A stretch of 54,792 nt of DNA from a bacterium (GCA_030693205.1 JAUYBG010000011.1:1-54792), one strand, 5' to 3'. Counted from the first letter of the stretch, positions 1 to 9,114 are shown. Notes: generated by a model from the sequence alone, not told the origin. Translations and numbers: made by a program.

Positions 1-1483
1 AGCCGGTTGTGCCTGCTATACTGAGAGCATCAATCCAGATACTTCCGCCTGCGCCGCCGCCGGCGCTTTTACTAGTGCTATTTGTATTTCCATTGCCGCC
101 TTTGGCAACAATAGAACCATCTAGAGTGAGGGTGCCGGAAACTATCAATTTTACCGCGCCGCCGCCATTACCGCCGGTAGTCAAAGATGTCCCGCCTCCT
201 GCTGAGCCCAACTCAGTAGGTTGAGTAGCTGAACCATAAACAATAGTGCTGCCGGCGTAACTTGTATTAGACCCCCAGCCATTACCACCATTTCCTCCAT
301 AAGCAGCGCCGCCGCCGCCTGCACCAACAGTACCCAGACCACCATTACCGCCGCCGGTACCGGAACCGCTGGCTTGATAAACACCCGCATAGCCTTTGCC
401 ATCCGCGCTTAATGTTCCGGTGATCGTGGAACTCGCGGCGTAAACGATTAATTTGCCATAACTTGTTCCGTCATAACCGTAAACATAAGTCGTGCCGGCC
501 GCTACGGTAAAAACATTGATATTGCAATGCACTCCGGCAATGCCGATATTGGCGGAAGCATCCAAGTCCCAAGCATCGCCATTAGTCGGAGTCCAGCTGA
601 CTCCGCCGTGATTATAATCGCAAGTCACCAAACTCTCGCCCGCGCCGGATCCGCTGATGGAAAGATTTCCCGAAGTTGTATTAATTGAATAGCCGGCAGC
701 GGAAAAATTAGTAGTAGTCGGCTGAGTCCATGGAATTGTCGGCCCGCCGCTCGAAGCTGAAGTGCTGATCTCTCCGGCGATGTCCAAGCTGACAGAAGTA
801 TCTTTGGAAGAATAATCCGTCCAATTGGTCTGATTAGCGTTCGCATGGCTCGCTGTGCTGGCGCTGCCGGATCCGATCCAGCTTGTCTGAGTCCAGCTGT
901 CAATAACAGTATTCAGCTTAACATCCGAAGCCGAGCCGGCGACTGAAGGAGTTTTCGCGGAATATTTAGTCCAAGGAATTTCATTGACTCTTTGGGCCGT
1001 GTCAGTGGCTACGGCATTGGCGTCTTCCGTGCTCCAGTTGGTTTGAACCCAAGGATGCACTGCCGCCATCGCTCTGGGCTCGCCCGGAAATATTAAAGCC
1101 ACGATCAAGGAAACAATGATCGTGGCAGAGGTTACCATAGTGAGAAATTTCCATTTGGTGTTTTTGTGATAGCCTTTGTAATAGCAATAAGAATAATTGC
1201 AAATATAGATGCCGTCCTTGCCGGCTTGAGTGAAAATCCAGAAATTCGAGGAAGGGACTCCCTTGATGATCATCCAGATCCGGGTAAGAGCCAGGAGGGT
1301 TTTGTAATATCGGAGTTTCAGCTTGCCGGGAAGATCTTCGGCGTAAACATACCAAGGAAGGCGAGCTTTGCCTCCCTTGGGAGAATTAAGATACCAGGGC
1401 ATATGAGATTTTTGCAAATCTCTGTCGCTGGTCTGGCGTTCGAGAAGAGATATTTTATCGAGAAGATTTTGATAAAAAGACAT
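1..1483 (-). CDS. Secreted glycine-rich repeat surface protein, N-terminal part (3' end lies beyond the window start)
   Basis: Absent from the ORF track because it has no stop in the window. A hand check of the minus frame phased with 1481-1483 finds no stop down to position 2 (494 codons). It contains the signal-peptide-like MVTSATIIVSLIVALIFPGEPRAMA (Met at 1138), then Gly/Asn/Ser/Thr-rich repeats (GGGNGGLGTVGAGGGGAAYGGNGGNG...). The start is ambiguous: 1483 (longest ORF) or 1138. Confidence 0.6.
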   Translation of the reverse strand, partial: MSFYQNLLDKISLLERQTSDRDLQKSHMPWYLNSPKGGKARLPWYVYAEDLPGKLKLRYYKTLLALTRIWMIIKGVPSSNFWIFTQAGKDGIYICNYSYCYYKGYHKNTKWKFLTMVTSATIIVSLIVALIFPGEPRAMAAVHPWVQTNWSTEDANAVATDTAQRVNEIPWTKYSAKTPSVAGSASDVKLNTVIDSWTQTSWIGSGSASTASHANANQTNWTDYSSKDTSVSLDIAGEISTSASSGGPTIPWTQPTTTNFSAAGYSINTTSGNLSISGSGAGESLVTCDYNHGGVSWTPTNGDAWDLDASANIGIAGVHCNINVFTVAAGTTYVYGYDGTSYGKLIVYAASSTITGTLSADGKGYAGVYQASGSGTGGGNGGLGTVGAGGGGAAYGGNGGNGWGSNTSYAGSTIVYGSATQPTELGSAGGGTSLTTGGNGGGAVKLIVSGTLTLDGSIVAKGGNGNTNSTSKSAGGGAGGSIWIDALSIAGTTG

Positions 1484-1519
1484 AGGGGGTCAATTTAAAA
1501 TAATAAAAAATTATTATAA

Positions 1520-2030
1520 TTTTCAAGCATCAATTTTCAATTTACAATGAAGCTCCAATATTTTAATTTTCAAACTCTGCTAGATGTTAGTATCTTGGAA
1601 AATATCAGTAATAGCTCTTGAGCTTCTGACCATAATTTTCTAAACTCTTCACTAAAATCAGGGTTTGCCCTAGCCAATAATCTCAACCAATGCTTTGTTT
1701 CCTTGGTTTCTTTTTTACAGATACCAATTTTATGCTGGAAATCTTTTTTACTCTCTGCTTCATTAGCTTCACAATAATTAGCACCCAAAGATCCGCCGGA
1801 AGCCACTAGCTGAGGAATTAATCTTTGATTAATTAAATCCTTTGGTATTTTTTTCATTAGATCAATCACGCTCTCACCAAATATGGCAGTTCTTTCTTCC
1901 AAATCATATGCTTTTTTATCGTTTGGAAATTGATTCATTGGGATTTTACCCTGTTAAATAGACTGTTCGTAGTCTAAAATCTGACGGAGATTTTATTTAA
2001 CAGGGTGAATTGAAAATTGGTGCTTGAAAA
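1520..2030. repeat. 23-bp inverted repeats (22/23 match) flanking the four-helix-bundle gene
   Basis: 1520-1542 TTTTCAAGCATCAATTTTCAATT is the reverse complement of 2008-2030 AATTGAAAATTGGTGCTTGAAAA with one mismatch. A further 13-bp stem (1948-1960 / 1994-2006, ACCCTGTTAAATA / TATTTAACAGGGT) lies just inside the right repeat. Confidence 0.6.
1570..1938 (-). CDS. Four-helix-bundle protein (23S rRNA intervening-sequence protein family)
   Basis: The 122-aa ORF has family-typical segments: ERT..FGESVIDL, SGGSLGANYCEANEAESKKDFQHKIGICKKETKETKHWLRLL. Confidence 0.85.
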   Translation of the reverse strand: MNQFPNDKKAYDLEERTAIFGESVIDLMKKIPKDLINQRLIPQLVASGGSLGANYCEANEAESKKDFQHKIGICKKETKETKHWLRLLARANPDFSEEFRKLWSEAQELLLIFSKILTSSRV

Positions 2031-2106
2031 TTGAAAATTTATCTTTAATAACATTATAGCACGAAAATAAAATGGCTGCAAAGAAAAAATTATTATTTAT
2101 CCACTG

Positions 2107-3510
2107 CTATTTAACTGCCTGCAACTTAACCGTAACTTGAGTGCCGACGCCTTCCATGCTTTCTAAAGTAATTGATCCTTTCATCAACTCAATGATCTGC
2201 TTAGTGATCCAAAGCCCCAAGCCGGTTCCGACGATCTTGCCGGTTTTTTCGTTCTGCACCCGATAGAATTTTTCAAAAAGATGCTTTTGCTCCTCGCCGG
2301 ACATACCGATACCAGTGTCGACAACTTTAATTTCCACTAAATTATTCTTCACCATAGTTGTAACCTTTACGCTTCCTTTTTCAGTATATTTTACCGAATT
2401 GCCGATCAGATTTATCAACACTTGCCTCAATCTCTCCGAATCCGCCGAAACCAAAGGAAGTTTTTTATCCGGCTGTGAGTATTCCAGTATCAATTTTTTT
2501 TCATCGGCATTGACTTTCAACTGCGACACTATATCGCGGATGATCGGTTCCAATTCTACTGGCGCCATCGCCACCGGAAACCGGCCTTGCTCAATGCGGG
2601 AAACATTCAATAAATCTTCCACCAGCCCTTCCAGCCGATTATTGGACTTAGCCGCCGTATTCAAAGCTTTCTCAATTTCCGGATTTTCTATCTTACCAAA
2701 TGTTCCCTCCAGGATCATCGAAAGATAGCCTTTGGTAACGGTCAATGGAGTCCTTAATTCATGAGAAGCGATCGAAATAAATTCATCTTTCATCTGATCA
2801 ACCTCTTTTATTTTCCGATACAAAATCGCGTAATCCCAGATTCGGACGGTAAACGCCAAAAATATGATCACTGCAATAATTGTTATGAAAAGCAGATAGA
2901 ACGAAGCGTCTCTGATATCTTTCGCGTTATCGTCTATCAATTTTGACGAAATTTTCATTGCGAGCAGCGCCTCTTTTTTGTCAGAGATCCCCTTCATCGG
3001 CATTGCCACCAGCCAGAATCTGTCTTCGACTGAAAATCCCTCAATAAAACTTTTGCCTTCAGCAGTAGTCGCCAATTGCAAAGAATCGGTAGCGATCGAC
3101 TCGTCGTCTTTCAAAGACCAGGCCAGAGTATAAAAATAAAAATTCACGCTTTTCCCGATATCTTCTTTTTTCGAAGAAGCGATGGTTTTAAAATTATCTT
3201 CATCGGGAATAAGTATAGACAGCTCTTTTAGATCGGTATCTTCAGCCGACATTTTATCGATCGCTTTTTGCAACAATTCTTGATCGCCCAGATCCTGTCC
3301 GACCATAGACCGAATCAGGCGGCCTACTGTTACTTGCTCTCTTTGCAAAGTAGTATCCAAGTTCTCGCTAAAATTTATAACATTGCTATAGGTGTTGTAA
3401 GCTATTAACGCGGGAATAAGAATGATCAAAAATACGCCGTAAATTATCTGAACAGTTTCCTTGTTCTTTGTGATAAATTCCCTAAAATTAAACCCGTTGA
3501 AAAATTTCAT
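2107..3510 (-). CDS. Sensor histidine kinase (two TM segments, extracytoplasmic domain, HisKA + HATPase_c)
   Basis: H-box SHELRTPLT, N-box LINLIGNSVKYT, G1 DTGIGM, G2 GTGLGLWI. N-terminal and mid-protein hydrophobic helices are present. No response regulator gene is adjacent. Confidence 0.9.
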   Translation of the reverse strand: MKFFNGFNFREFITKNKETVQIIYGVFLIILIPALIAYNTYSNVINFSENLDTTLQREQVTVGRLIRSMVGQDLGDQELLQKAIDKMSAEDTDLKELSILIPDEDNFKTIASSKKEDIGKSVNFYFYTLAWSLKDDESIATDSLQLATTAEGKSFIEGFSVEDRFWLVAMPMKGISDKKEALLAMKISSKLIDDNAKDIRDASFYLLFITIIAVIIFLAFTVRIWDYAILYRKIKEVDQMKDEFISIASHELRTPLTVTKGYLSMILEGTFGKIENPEIEKALNTAAKSNNRLEGLVEDLLNVSRIEQGRFPVAMAPVELEPIIRDIVSQLKVNADEKKLILEYSQPDKKLPLVSADSERLRQVLINLIGNSVKYTEKGSVKVTTMVKNNLVEIKVVDTGIGMSGEEQKHLFEKFYRVQNEKTGKIVGTGLGLWITKQIIELMKGSITLESMEGVGTQVTVKLQAVK

Positions 3511-3611
3511 ACCTATACTATTTTAGAAAACCGCGCCAGAACAATGCCGTCTTAGTTTCTAACGGGTTTCATATTATAATGCTTCTCATAAATTACAAAA
3601 TGCCTTTTGTC

Positions 3612-3718
3612 TGTCATTGCGAGCGATTGGAAAGAGCGAAGCAATCTCTCGTCTCGATTATAGATTGCGGAGTTTATCCCGAGTATGTCGAAGGATCGCT
3701 TCGCTCCTCGCAATGACA
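3612..3718. repeat. 107-bp imperfect palindromic REP-like element
   Basis: TGTCATTGCGAG (3612-3623) pairs with CTCGCAATGACA (3707-3718). GAGCGAAGC (3634-3642) pairs with GCTTCGCTC (3698-3706). An inner stem is GCAATCT (3641-3647) / AGATTGC (3662-3668). It lies between the kinase gene and the surface-protein gene. Confidence 0.65.
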
Positions 3719-3722
3719 ATAT

Positions 3723-6700
3723 CTACACCTTCGGCAACTGATCTCTCTTTTTTTGAACAAGAATAAAAACGATAAATATGATCAATCCCGCAAGAATAAT
3801 CCCCGCGGTAAGAAAAATATAATTATTCATGGATTTTTCCGATTCTTTCAGGGGAGCAACGCTGGCGGGAGAAATAAAATCTTTAATCGAAACAGCTTTG
3901 GCTTCTTTAATAAAGAAGCTCATTACCCGGCTCCTGGTAACCACTTTGCCGGTATTATCATTCAGAACCACATAAGCTTCATGTTCTCCGTCCATCAGCG
4001 ATTTATTAAATTCATAATTCCAGTTTCCGTATTTATCGGTTTTAGCGGTTACCACTATCGGCAAATCGGAATAAATATACAGCGTTACCACCGAATCATT
4101 GTCAGCCTTGCCCGCAAAAACATATTTCGCGCCAGCGGTTTTGCCTTTGCCGGTTTCGACATTGGAAACTTGGTCAAAAGAATATTTATCGGACTGGGTG
4201 CCGGCTGCTTTCGGATGGCTTAAAGTTTGATCGTTCAGTATCGCTTCATCGATCGGCGCGATTTTTCCCTTTTCAATTTTTCCTTCGCCGAGAGGATTAA
4301 AACCGGCTTTTACTTCATCCCCATCGCTAAAACCATCTTTATCCGAATCAGGATTATTAGGATCAGTGCCGATTCTATGCTCCATATCATCCGGCAAACC
4401 GTCGTTGTCGCTATCCACCATCACCGCGGCTGAAGCCGTCTGAATCAGATCATTATCTTCATTCAAAACCAAATTTTCTTCCGTTTTTACGATCTTAAGG
4501 CTGGCATTATTATCCTTGATCGGAATTATTTTCCCCGAATCGTCCATTTTTTTTCTTAGATCTTCCGAACTGACCGCGCCGCCTCCGGCCAAAGAAGTGA
4601 TATTGTCTTTTATTTTTGTGTATTCAACCTGCTTAGCGCTAATAGCTCCAAGATGATCTTCTTTTATAGTATTTTTGCACTGCCAGTCATCCAAGCCTTG
4701 GCATGTTGTTTTAGGAGCATAAAGATTGAATAAATAATCCTTGCACTCTTTCTCGCCTTCAATGCCCGCCTTCTTGCATTCCGCGGGAGCAAATTTTTTG
4801 AAAAGAATTTTATTGCAGTCTTTGTCGTTCGTTGCGCCCTCCGCCTGGCATTTTTTCGGCATGCTTTTTTGATTGATATAAACGGAGCAATCAGCCTCAT
4901 TGGTCAACCCTTGAGCTTTGCAACTTTCCGGCAAATATTTTTGCTTCATTACTTTATCGCATTCAAGCGAAGTTTTTACGCCGGCTTTCTGGCATTCTAT
5001 GGGGAATTTATCCGAGGGGGTATTCCCCGCATTCGCGTATTTTCCAAAAATATATTTATTGCACATCTCTTGGGTCGTCATTCCGGCGTCAACGCAATCC
5101 TGCGGCGCGTTTCTTTTGAACATAAAATTCTCGCACTCTTTGGAATTGGAAATCTTCGCATCCAGACATTCTTTCGGGGCGTTTTTTTCGAATAAAAACT
5201 TTTCGCAGTCCGCCTTGGTCGTAATATTCGCCGCCTGGCAGTCTTTCGGCAGATATTTTTTTATCATTTCTTTCTCGCAAGAAGCGGGATCGATAATTTC
5301 TTTTTGCCGGCACTCTTCGGAAACGCCGCTCGCGAGCTGTTGATAAACCGGCTTTATATCCACCGCCGTGGCTTTCACAATATTGCCGTATTTGTTTCTC
5401 ATTATATAATCGCAGTCTTCTTTGCTTTTGGCTCCCGCGTCAACGCACTCCTTCGGCATAAATTTTTCCGCCATATATTTGCCGCAAGCTGAAAAATCGA
5501 AAATACCGGCTTCTTTGCACTCGGCGGTCAAAAAAGTCCTCGCGTTTAAAAAGCTAACGCACCCGGCCTCGTCAACAATATTGGCGTCTTTGCATGCTTG
5601 CGGAAGAGAATTCAATAAAATAATTTTTGCGCATTCTTCCTGCGTTGTCGCTCCTTTTTGGCGGCATATTTCAGGCATAGCGGATCTGAACATAAATTCC
5701 TGGCACTTCGCTTGATCTAAAATATTAGCTTCTCTGCACGGCCGGGGAGTTTGAAAATATTTCTGGCAAGCTTCGGATGTTGTATATCCTTTTTGCTGGC
5801 ATTCAAGCGGAATAAAAATTATGCCGGGAGTTGCATTGGGATTTAAAGTAGCCAAAGGAAGCGGTGAAAAAAGCAGAGAAATCTTAGGCTCGAGAGAAGC
5901 TGGGTAAGGCGATGTATTTGGCGCCGGAGAAACATTAGGAGCGGCAGTGATACCTGAAACCGAGTTGTTTATATTAAAATAAAAAGCTGCGCCATTCTCG
6001 TAAGATTTGCCGTTATATGTTATTTGGGTAAAAAGTTTATAACTGCCATCCTTTAGTTTAGCAGTGTCCAAAATTCCTAGCCAATAATTATAGTTACCAA
6101 AAGAATCAGGAGCAGTGGTTTTTAAGGGATAACCGGTAACGGCATACGTTGACAAAGCACTAACGGTAGTATTGTAAAATTTAAAAATTAAACTGGTCAA
6201 TGGCGCGCTGCTGTTGGCCCAAATATTTTTTGTGCCGCTAATTATGCCATTGACCGTAGGACCAGAATCAATACCGACCGTGATAATAGGCGCGGCAGGA
6301 TTTACCGTAGGCGTAGGCGTAGCAGTAGTCGAATTATTTACAGCAAAATAAACATGATTGCTTATGTAATCTGTTCCGTTATATATGCCTTTAACATAAA
6401 ATTTATAAGAAGCATTGGGTAAATTAGCGGCATTAATAGTGCCTGTCCAATTCTTGCCTTCACTGCCGGAGACCAACGATATATTGCCAACGGTAGAAGT
6501 ATAATAATTTACCGAAAAATCTACAACGCCGGACGCAAAATATTTATATAAATAAAAAGTTAATGTGCCTGTGGGGAAAGAAAAATTGGAAGTGACACCG
6601 GCATTCTTTGTTCCGTTAATAAAAACCGGATAAGTATAAGTTGAAGCATCAGGAACCATATCAATCCAAGCGTTGAGATAAGGAACTGTAGAATTAGAAT

Positions 6701-7727
6701 TTGGCGTATAAGTTGGGGTGGGTGTTGGGGTTGGAGTAGCAGTATTGCCGGTTATTGTAAATGTCTGGCTGGCAATAACAGTTGCGCAAGTAGAATCAAA
6801 ACAAGCTTTAAGAATATGCGTTCCGGAAGCTAAATTCGAAGTGCCAAAACCCATTGTCTGGGTGATGCCGCCGCCGTAATTATAATTAACCGATGAACCG
6901 TCAGGTTTTTGAAGCCACATGGACACATTACTGGCAGAACCGCCGGGAAGACAAGTCCAGGTATAATTTACAGATTCGCTGTTGTTATAAACGGTTTTCC
7001 CGTCATTAAGAGTTAAGCTTAAGCTCGTACAAGATACCGCGCCTCCGCTATATGCTACAGAATTTGATTCTGTTCCCGTCGCAGAGCAGGTAGCGCCATC
7101 ACTGGCGCATCCGAATATTTTATACTGATAAGCGCTGCCGGCAGCAACATTGGGATAAATATCTTCATAATAAAGACTGGTTATATTTGTATACCAGATT
7201 TGGTATGATCCTGCGTCTGTTTTTCTATAAATACTGTATTTTGCGGCTGACGCCGATGACGGCCAGCTAACAATAATTTTTCCGGTTGTTGACGAAGCGG
7301 TCACGGAAGAAGGCGAGGAAGGCGAAGATCCACTAGCGGAACTAACACCGGTTAAATATGCATAATCGGAACAGCCGGATTTGCATGCTTGAACGCGGTA
7401 ATCATAGGAAATACTCACGGCTACCGTAGTGTCCGTATACGTAGTTATGCTTGTACCCACTTGGGCAAGAAACTCATAAACACTCGCTGTGGTTAATTTT
7501 CTTTCAATATTAAATTTGTCTTCGGTTGTTGAATTATCAGTCCATCTAAGCGGAATAGAAGTGGAAGTCGGCATACCGTCCAGCACCAGGCCAAACGGAG
7601 CAAGCGGTATATCGCTCGTTTGAGCCAAAGAAAAACTGGCATTCTTCGCCAGCATAAAAACCATTTGCGCCATTACGACTAAGATAGCGACAAATAAAAT
7701 TGTTTTCCCCCTAATACTTTTGTACAT
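3723..7727 (-). CDS. Giant cell-surface protein: signal peptide, FN3-like modules, Pro-Thr linkers, 14-15 Cys-x10-Cys repeats, thrombospondin-type-3-like Ca-binding Asp repeats, C-terminal TM anchor
   Basis: 1334-aa ORF. N-terminal hydrophobic signal (ILFVAILVVMAQMVFML). TPTPTPTPTYTP linkers. Repeats of the form PxEC-x10-C-xK/xF at a 24-residue period (C643-C1017). DSDNDGLPDD...DPNNPDSDKDGFSDGDE. C-terminal IFLTAGIILAGLIIFIVFILV followed by KKR. Confidence 0.85.
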   Translation of the reverse strand: MYKSIRGKTILFVAILVVMAQMVFMLAKNASFSLAQTSDIPLAPFGLVLDGMPTSTSIPLRWTDNSTTEDKFNIERKLTTASVYEFLAQVGTSITTYTDTTVAVSISYDYRVQACKSGCSDYAYLTGVSSASGSSPSSPSSVTASSTTGKIIVSWPSSASAAKYSIYRKTDAGSYQIWYTNITSLYYEDIYPNVAAGSAYQYKIFGCASDGATCSATGTESNSVAYSGGAVSCTSLSLTLNDGKTVYNNSESVNYTWTCLPGGSASNVSMWLQKPDGSSVNYNYGGGITQTMGFGTSNLASGTHILKACFDSTCATVIASQTFTITGNTATPTPTPTPTYTPNSNSTVPYLNAWIDMVPDASTYTYPVFINGTKNAGVTSNFSFPTGTLTFYLYKYFASGVVDFSVNYYTSTVGNISLVSGSEGKNWTGTINAANLPNASYKFYVKGIYNGTDYISNHVYFAVNNSTTATPTPTVNPAAPIITVGIDSGPTVNGIISGTKNIWANSSAPLTSLIFKFYNTTVSALSTYAVTGYPLKTTAPDSFGNYNYWLGILDTAKLKDGSYKLFTQITYNGKSYENGAAFYFNINNSVSGITAAPNVSPAPNTSPYPASLEPKISLLFSPLPLATLNPNATPGIIFIPLECQQKGYTTSEACQKYFQTPRPCREANILDQAKCQEFMFRSAMPEICRQKGATTQEECAKIILLNSLPQACKDANIVDEAGCVSFLNARTFLTAECKEAGIFDFSACGKYMAEKFMPKECVDAGAKSKEDCDYIMRNKYGNIVKATAVDIKPVYQQLASGVSEECRQKEIIDPASCEKEMIKKYLPKDCQAANITTKADCEKFLFEKNAPKECLDAKISNSKECENFMFKRNAPQDCVDAGMTTQEMCNKYIFGKYANAGNTPSDKFPIECQKAGVKTSLECDKVMKQKYLPESCKAQGLTNEADCSVYINQKSMPKKCQAEGATNDKDCNKILFKKFAPAECKKAGIEGEKECKDYLFNLYAPKTTCQGLDDWQCKNTIKEDHLGAISAKQVEYTKIKDNITSLAGGGAVSSEDLRKKMDDSGKIIPIKDNNASLKIVKTEENLVLNEDNDLIQTASAAVMVDSDNDGLPDDMEHRIGTDPNNPDSDKDGFSDGDEVKAGFNPLGEGKIEKGKIAPIDEAILNDQTLSHPKAAGTQSDKYSFDQVSNVETGKGKTAGAKYVFAGKADNDSVVTLYIYSDLPIVVTAKTDKYGNWNYEFNKSLMDGEHEAYVVLNDNTGKVVTRSRVMSFFIKEAKAVSIKDFISPASVAPLKESEKSMNNYIFLTAGIILAGLIIFIVFILVQKKRDQLPKV

Positions 7728-7757
7728 ATTTTTTTATATTATTAAAAAAATTATTAA

Positions 7758-7857
7758 ACCCCGTTAAAAGTTTTTATTGCGTGCAATAAATATTTTATAC
7801 ACGATCTGTTTTTTATTTGTATTTAATTTTAATGTTTAAAAAAACTTCTAACGGGGT
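7758..7857. promoter_or_regulatory. 18-bp inverted repeat (1 mismatch) enclosing the palindrome TTATTGC-GT-GCAATAA, in the divergent surface-protein / cysK control region
   Basis: ACCCCGTTAAAAGTTTTT (7758-7775) against AAAAACTTCTAACGGGGT (7840-7857). Inner palindrome at 7775-7790. Confidence 0.4.
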
Positions 7858-8139
7858 AAATTATCCGCGGTGGATAAAAAGTATTTATATTATACCACAA
7901 AAACAAAAAAACCGCATATGTTCAGCTTTACAAATTTTCCACAGCGGTATACAATATCAATACAGATAAAAACTATGAAAATAACCGAAAGCCAATTTGC
8001 CCGCTGTTCGTGCCAAAACCCGGAATACAGGTTGATTTTTGGATGTCGCAAATAACTATAAATTTCAAACGCTGAAAAATAAAATGACCAAAGAATCAAC
8101 CGCAAAGGTTGTTTTTTAAATAATTAATAAAATAAAATT

Positions 8140-9045
8140 ATGATCCATAAAAACATCTTGACTCTCATCGGCAAAACACCGATGGTAAAAATAAATAAAT
8201 TAACCGGGGGGGGCGACGCCAAAATTTTGGCGAAACTCGAAGAATACAATATCGGCGGATCTCTGAAAGATCGCATGGCGCTGTATCTCGTCGAGGACGC
8301 GGAAAAGCACGGCAGAATCGACAAAAATAAAATTCTCTTGGAAGCCAGTTCCGGCAATACCGGCGTGGCCATGTCGATGATCGCGGGCGTCAAAGGATAC
8401 AAAATATCCATCGTTATTCCCGAATCCGTCAGCGTTGAAAGAAGAAAATTGATCAAGGCTTACGGCGCGGAATTGATCTTGTCGCCGGGAGAAAAAGGCA
8501 CAGGCGGCGCGGTGGAAGTGAAAAACAAACTTCTGGCGGAAAATCCCGATAAATATATCAATCTCGACCAATTCAAAAACCCGGCCAATATCCAGGCGCA
8601 TTATGAAACGACCGGCCAAGAGATCTGGGAACAAACCAAAGGAAAATTGGATATGGTGGTCGTAAGCATCGGCACTGCCGGCACCGGAGTCGGGATCTCG
8701 CGCCGATTGAAAGAACACAACTCCAATATTAAAATCGTAGCGGTAATGCCCGCGCTGGGCGCGCCGATACAAGGGCTCCGCAACCCCAAAGAATTAAATC
8801 CGACGCAACTTTTTGATTCCGGCGCTTTTGACGAAATAATCGAAATTCCCAAAGAAACCGTGCCGGCCACTCACGCGATCGGCCGCGAACTGGCGAGGAA
8901 GGAAGGAATCTTAGCGGGAATGAGTTCTGCCGCGGCAATGTATATCGCGCTTCAAAAAGCCAAAGAATTAGGTAAGGGTAAAACTATCGTAGTGATCTTG
9001 CCTGATACCGGAGAAAGATATTTAAGCACGGTTTTATTTGAGTAA
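8140..9045 (+). CDS. cysK: Cysteine synthase (O-acetylserine sulfhydrylase), PLP-dependent
   Basis: KLEEYNIGGSLKDRMA (PLP lysine motif), SSGNTGVAMSMIA, 301 aa. The fold-type II PLP enzyme pattern holds throughout. Confidence 0.9.
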   Translation: MIHKNILTLIGKTPMVKINKLTGGGDAKILAKLEEYNIGGSLKDRMALYLVEDAEKHGRIDKNKILLEASSGNTGVAMSMIAGVKGYKISIVIPESVSVERRKLIKAYGAELILSPGEKGTGGAVEVKNKLLAENPDKYINLDQFKNPANIQAHYETTGQEIWEQTKGKLDMVVVSIGTAGTGVGISRRLKEHNSNIKIVAVMPALGAPIQGLRNPKELNPTQLFDSGAFDEIIEIPKETVPATHAIGRELARKEGILAGMSSAAAMYIALQKAKELGKGKTIVVILPDTGERYLSTVLFE

Positions 9046-9114
9046 GCTTAAAGTGTTTATTTTAAAAAACCTCGCACTAAACTGTACGAGGATTTTTAAA
9101 TTCATTATTTATAA

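Noticed and set aside
1166-1498. 110-aa + strand ORF listed in the track
   Set aside because: It is fully overlapped by the open-ended minus-strand frame that continues into the glycine-rich protein. Its translation has no features and no start signals.
4227-5715. Cluster of short + and - strand ORFs within the surface-protein gene
   Set aside because: They are a by-product of the 24-codon tandem repeat structure. The 1334-aa minus-strand frame is continuous and explains the region.
7860-8139. Possible riboswitch or T-box leader upstream of cysK (hairpins TTATCC-GCGGT-GGATAA at 7861-7877, ACAGCGG...CCGCTGT, and CAACC-GCAA-AGGTTG plus T6 at about 8099-8118)
   Set aside because: I could not recognise any conserved riboswitch or T-box core sequence. 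The hairpins are short and could arise by chance in AT-rich DNA. It would need an Rfam scan.
8124-8938. Minus-strand ORFs (110, 190, 89 and 69 aa) inside cysK
   Set aside because: The relatively GC-rich cysK sequence keeps antisense frames open. The cysK call on the + strand is strong.
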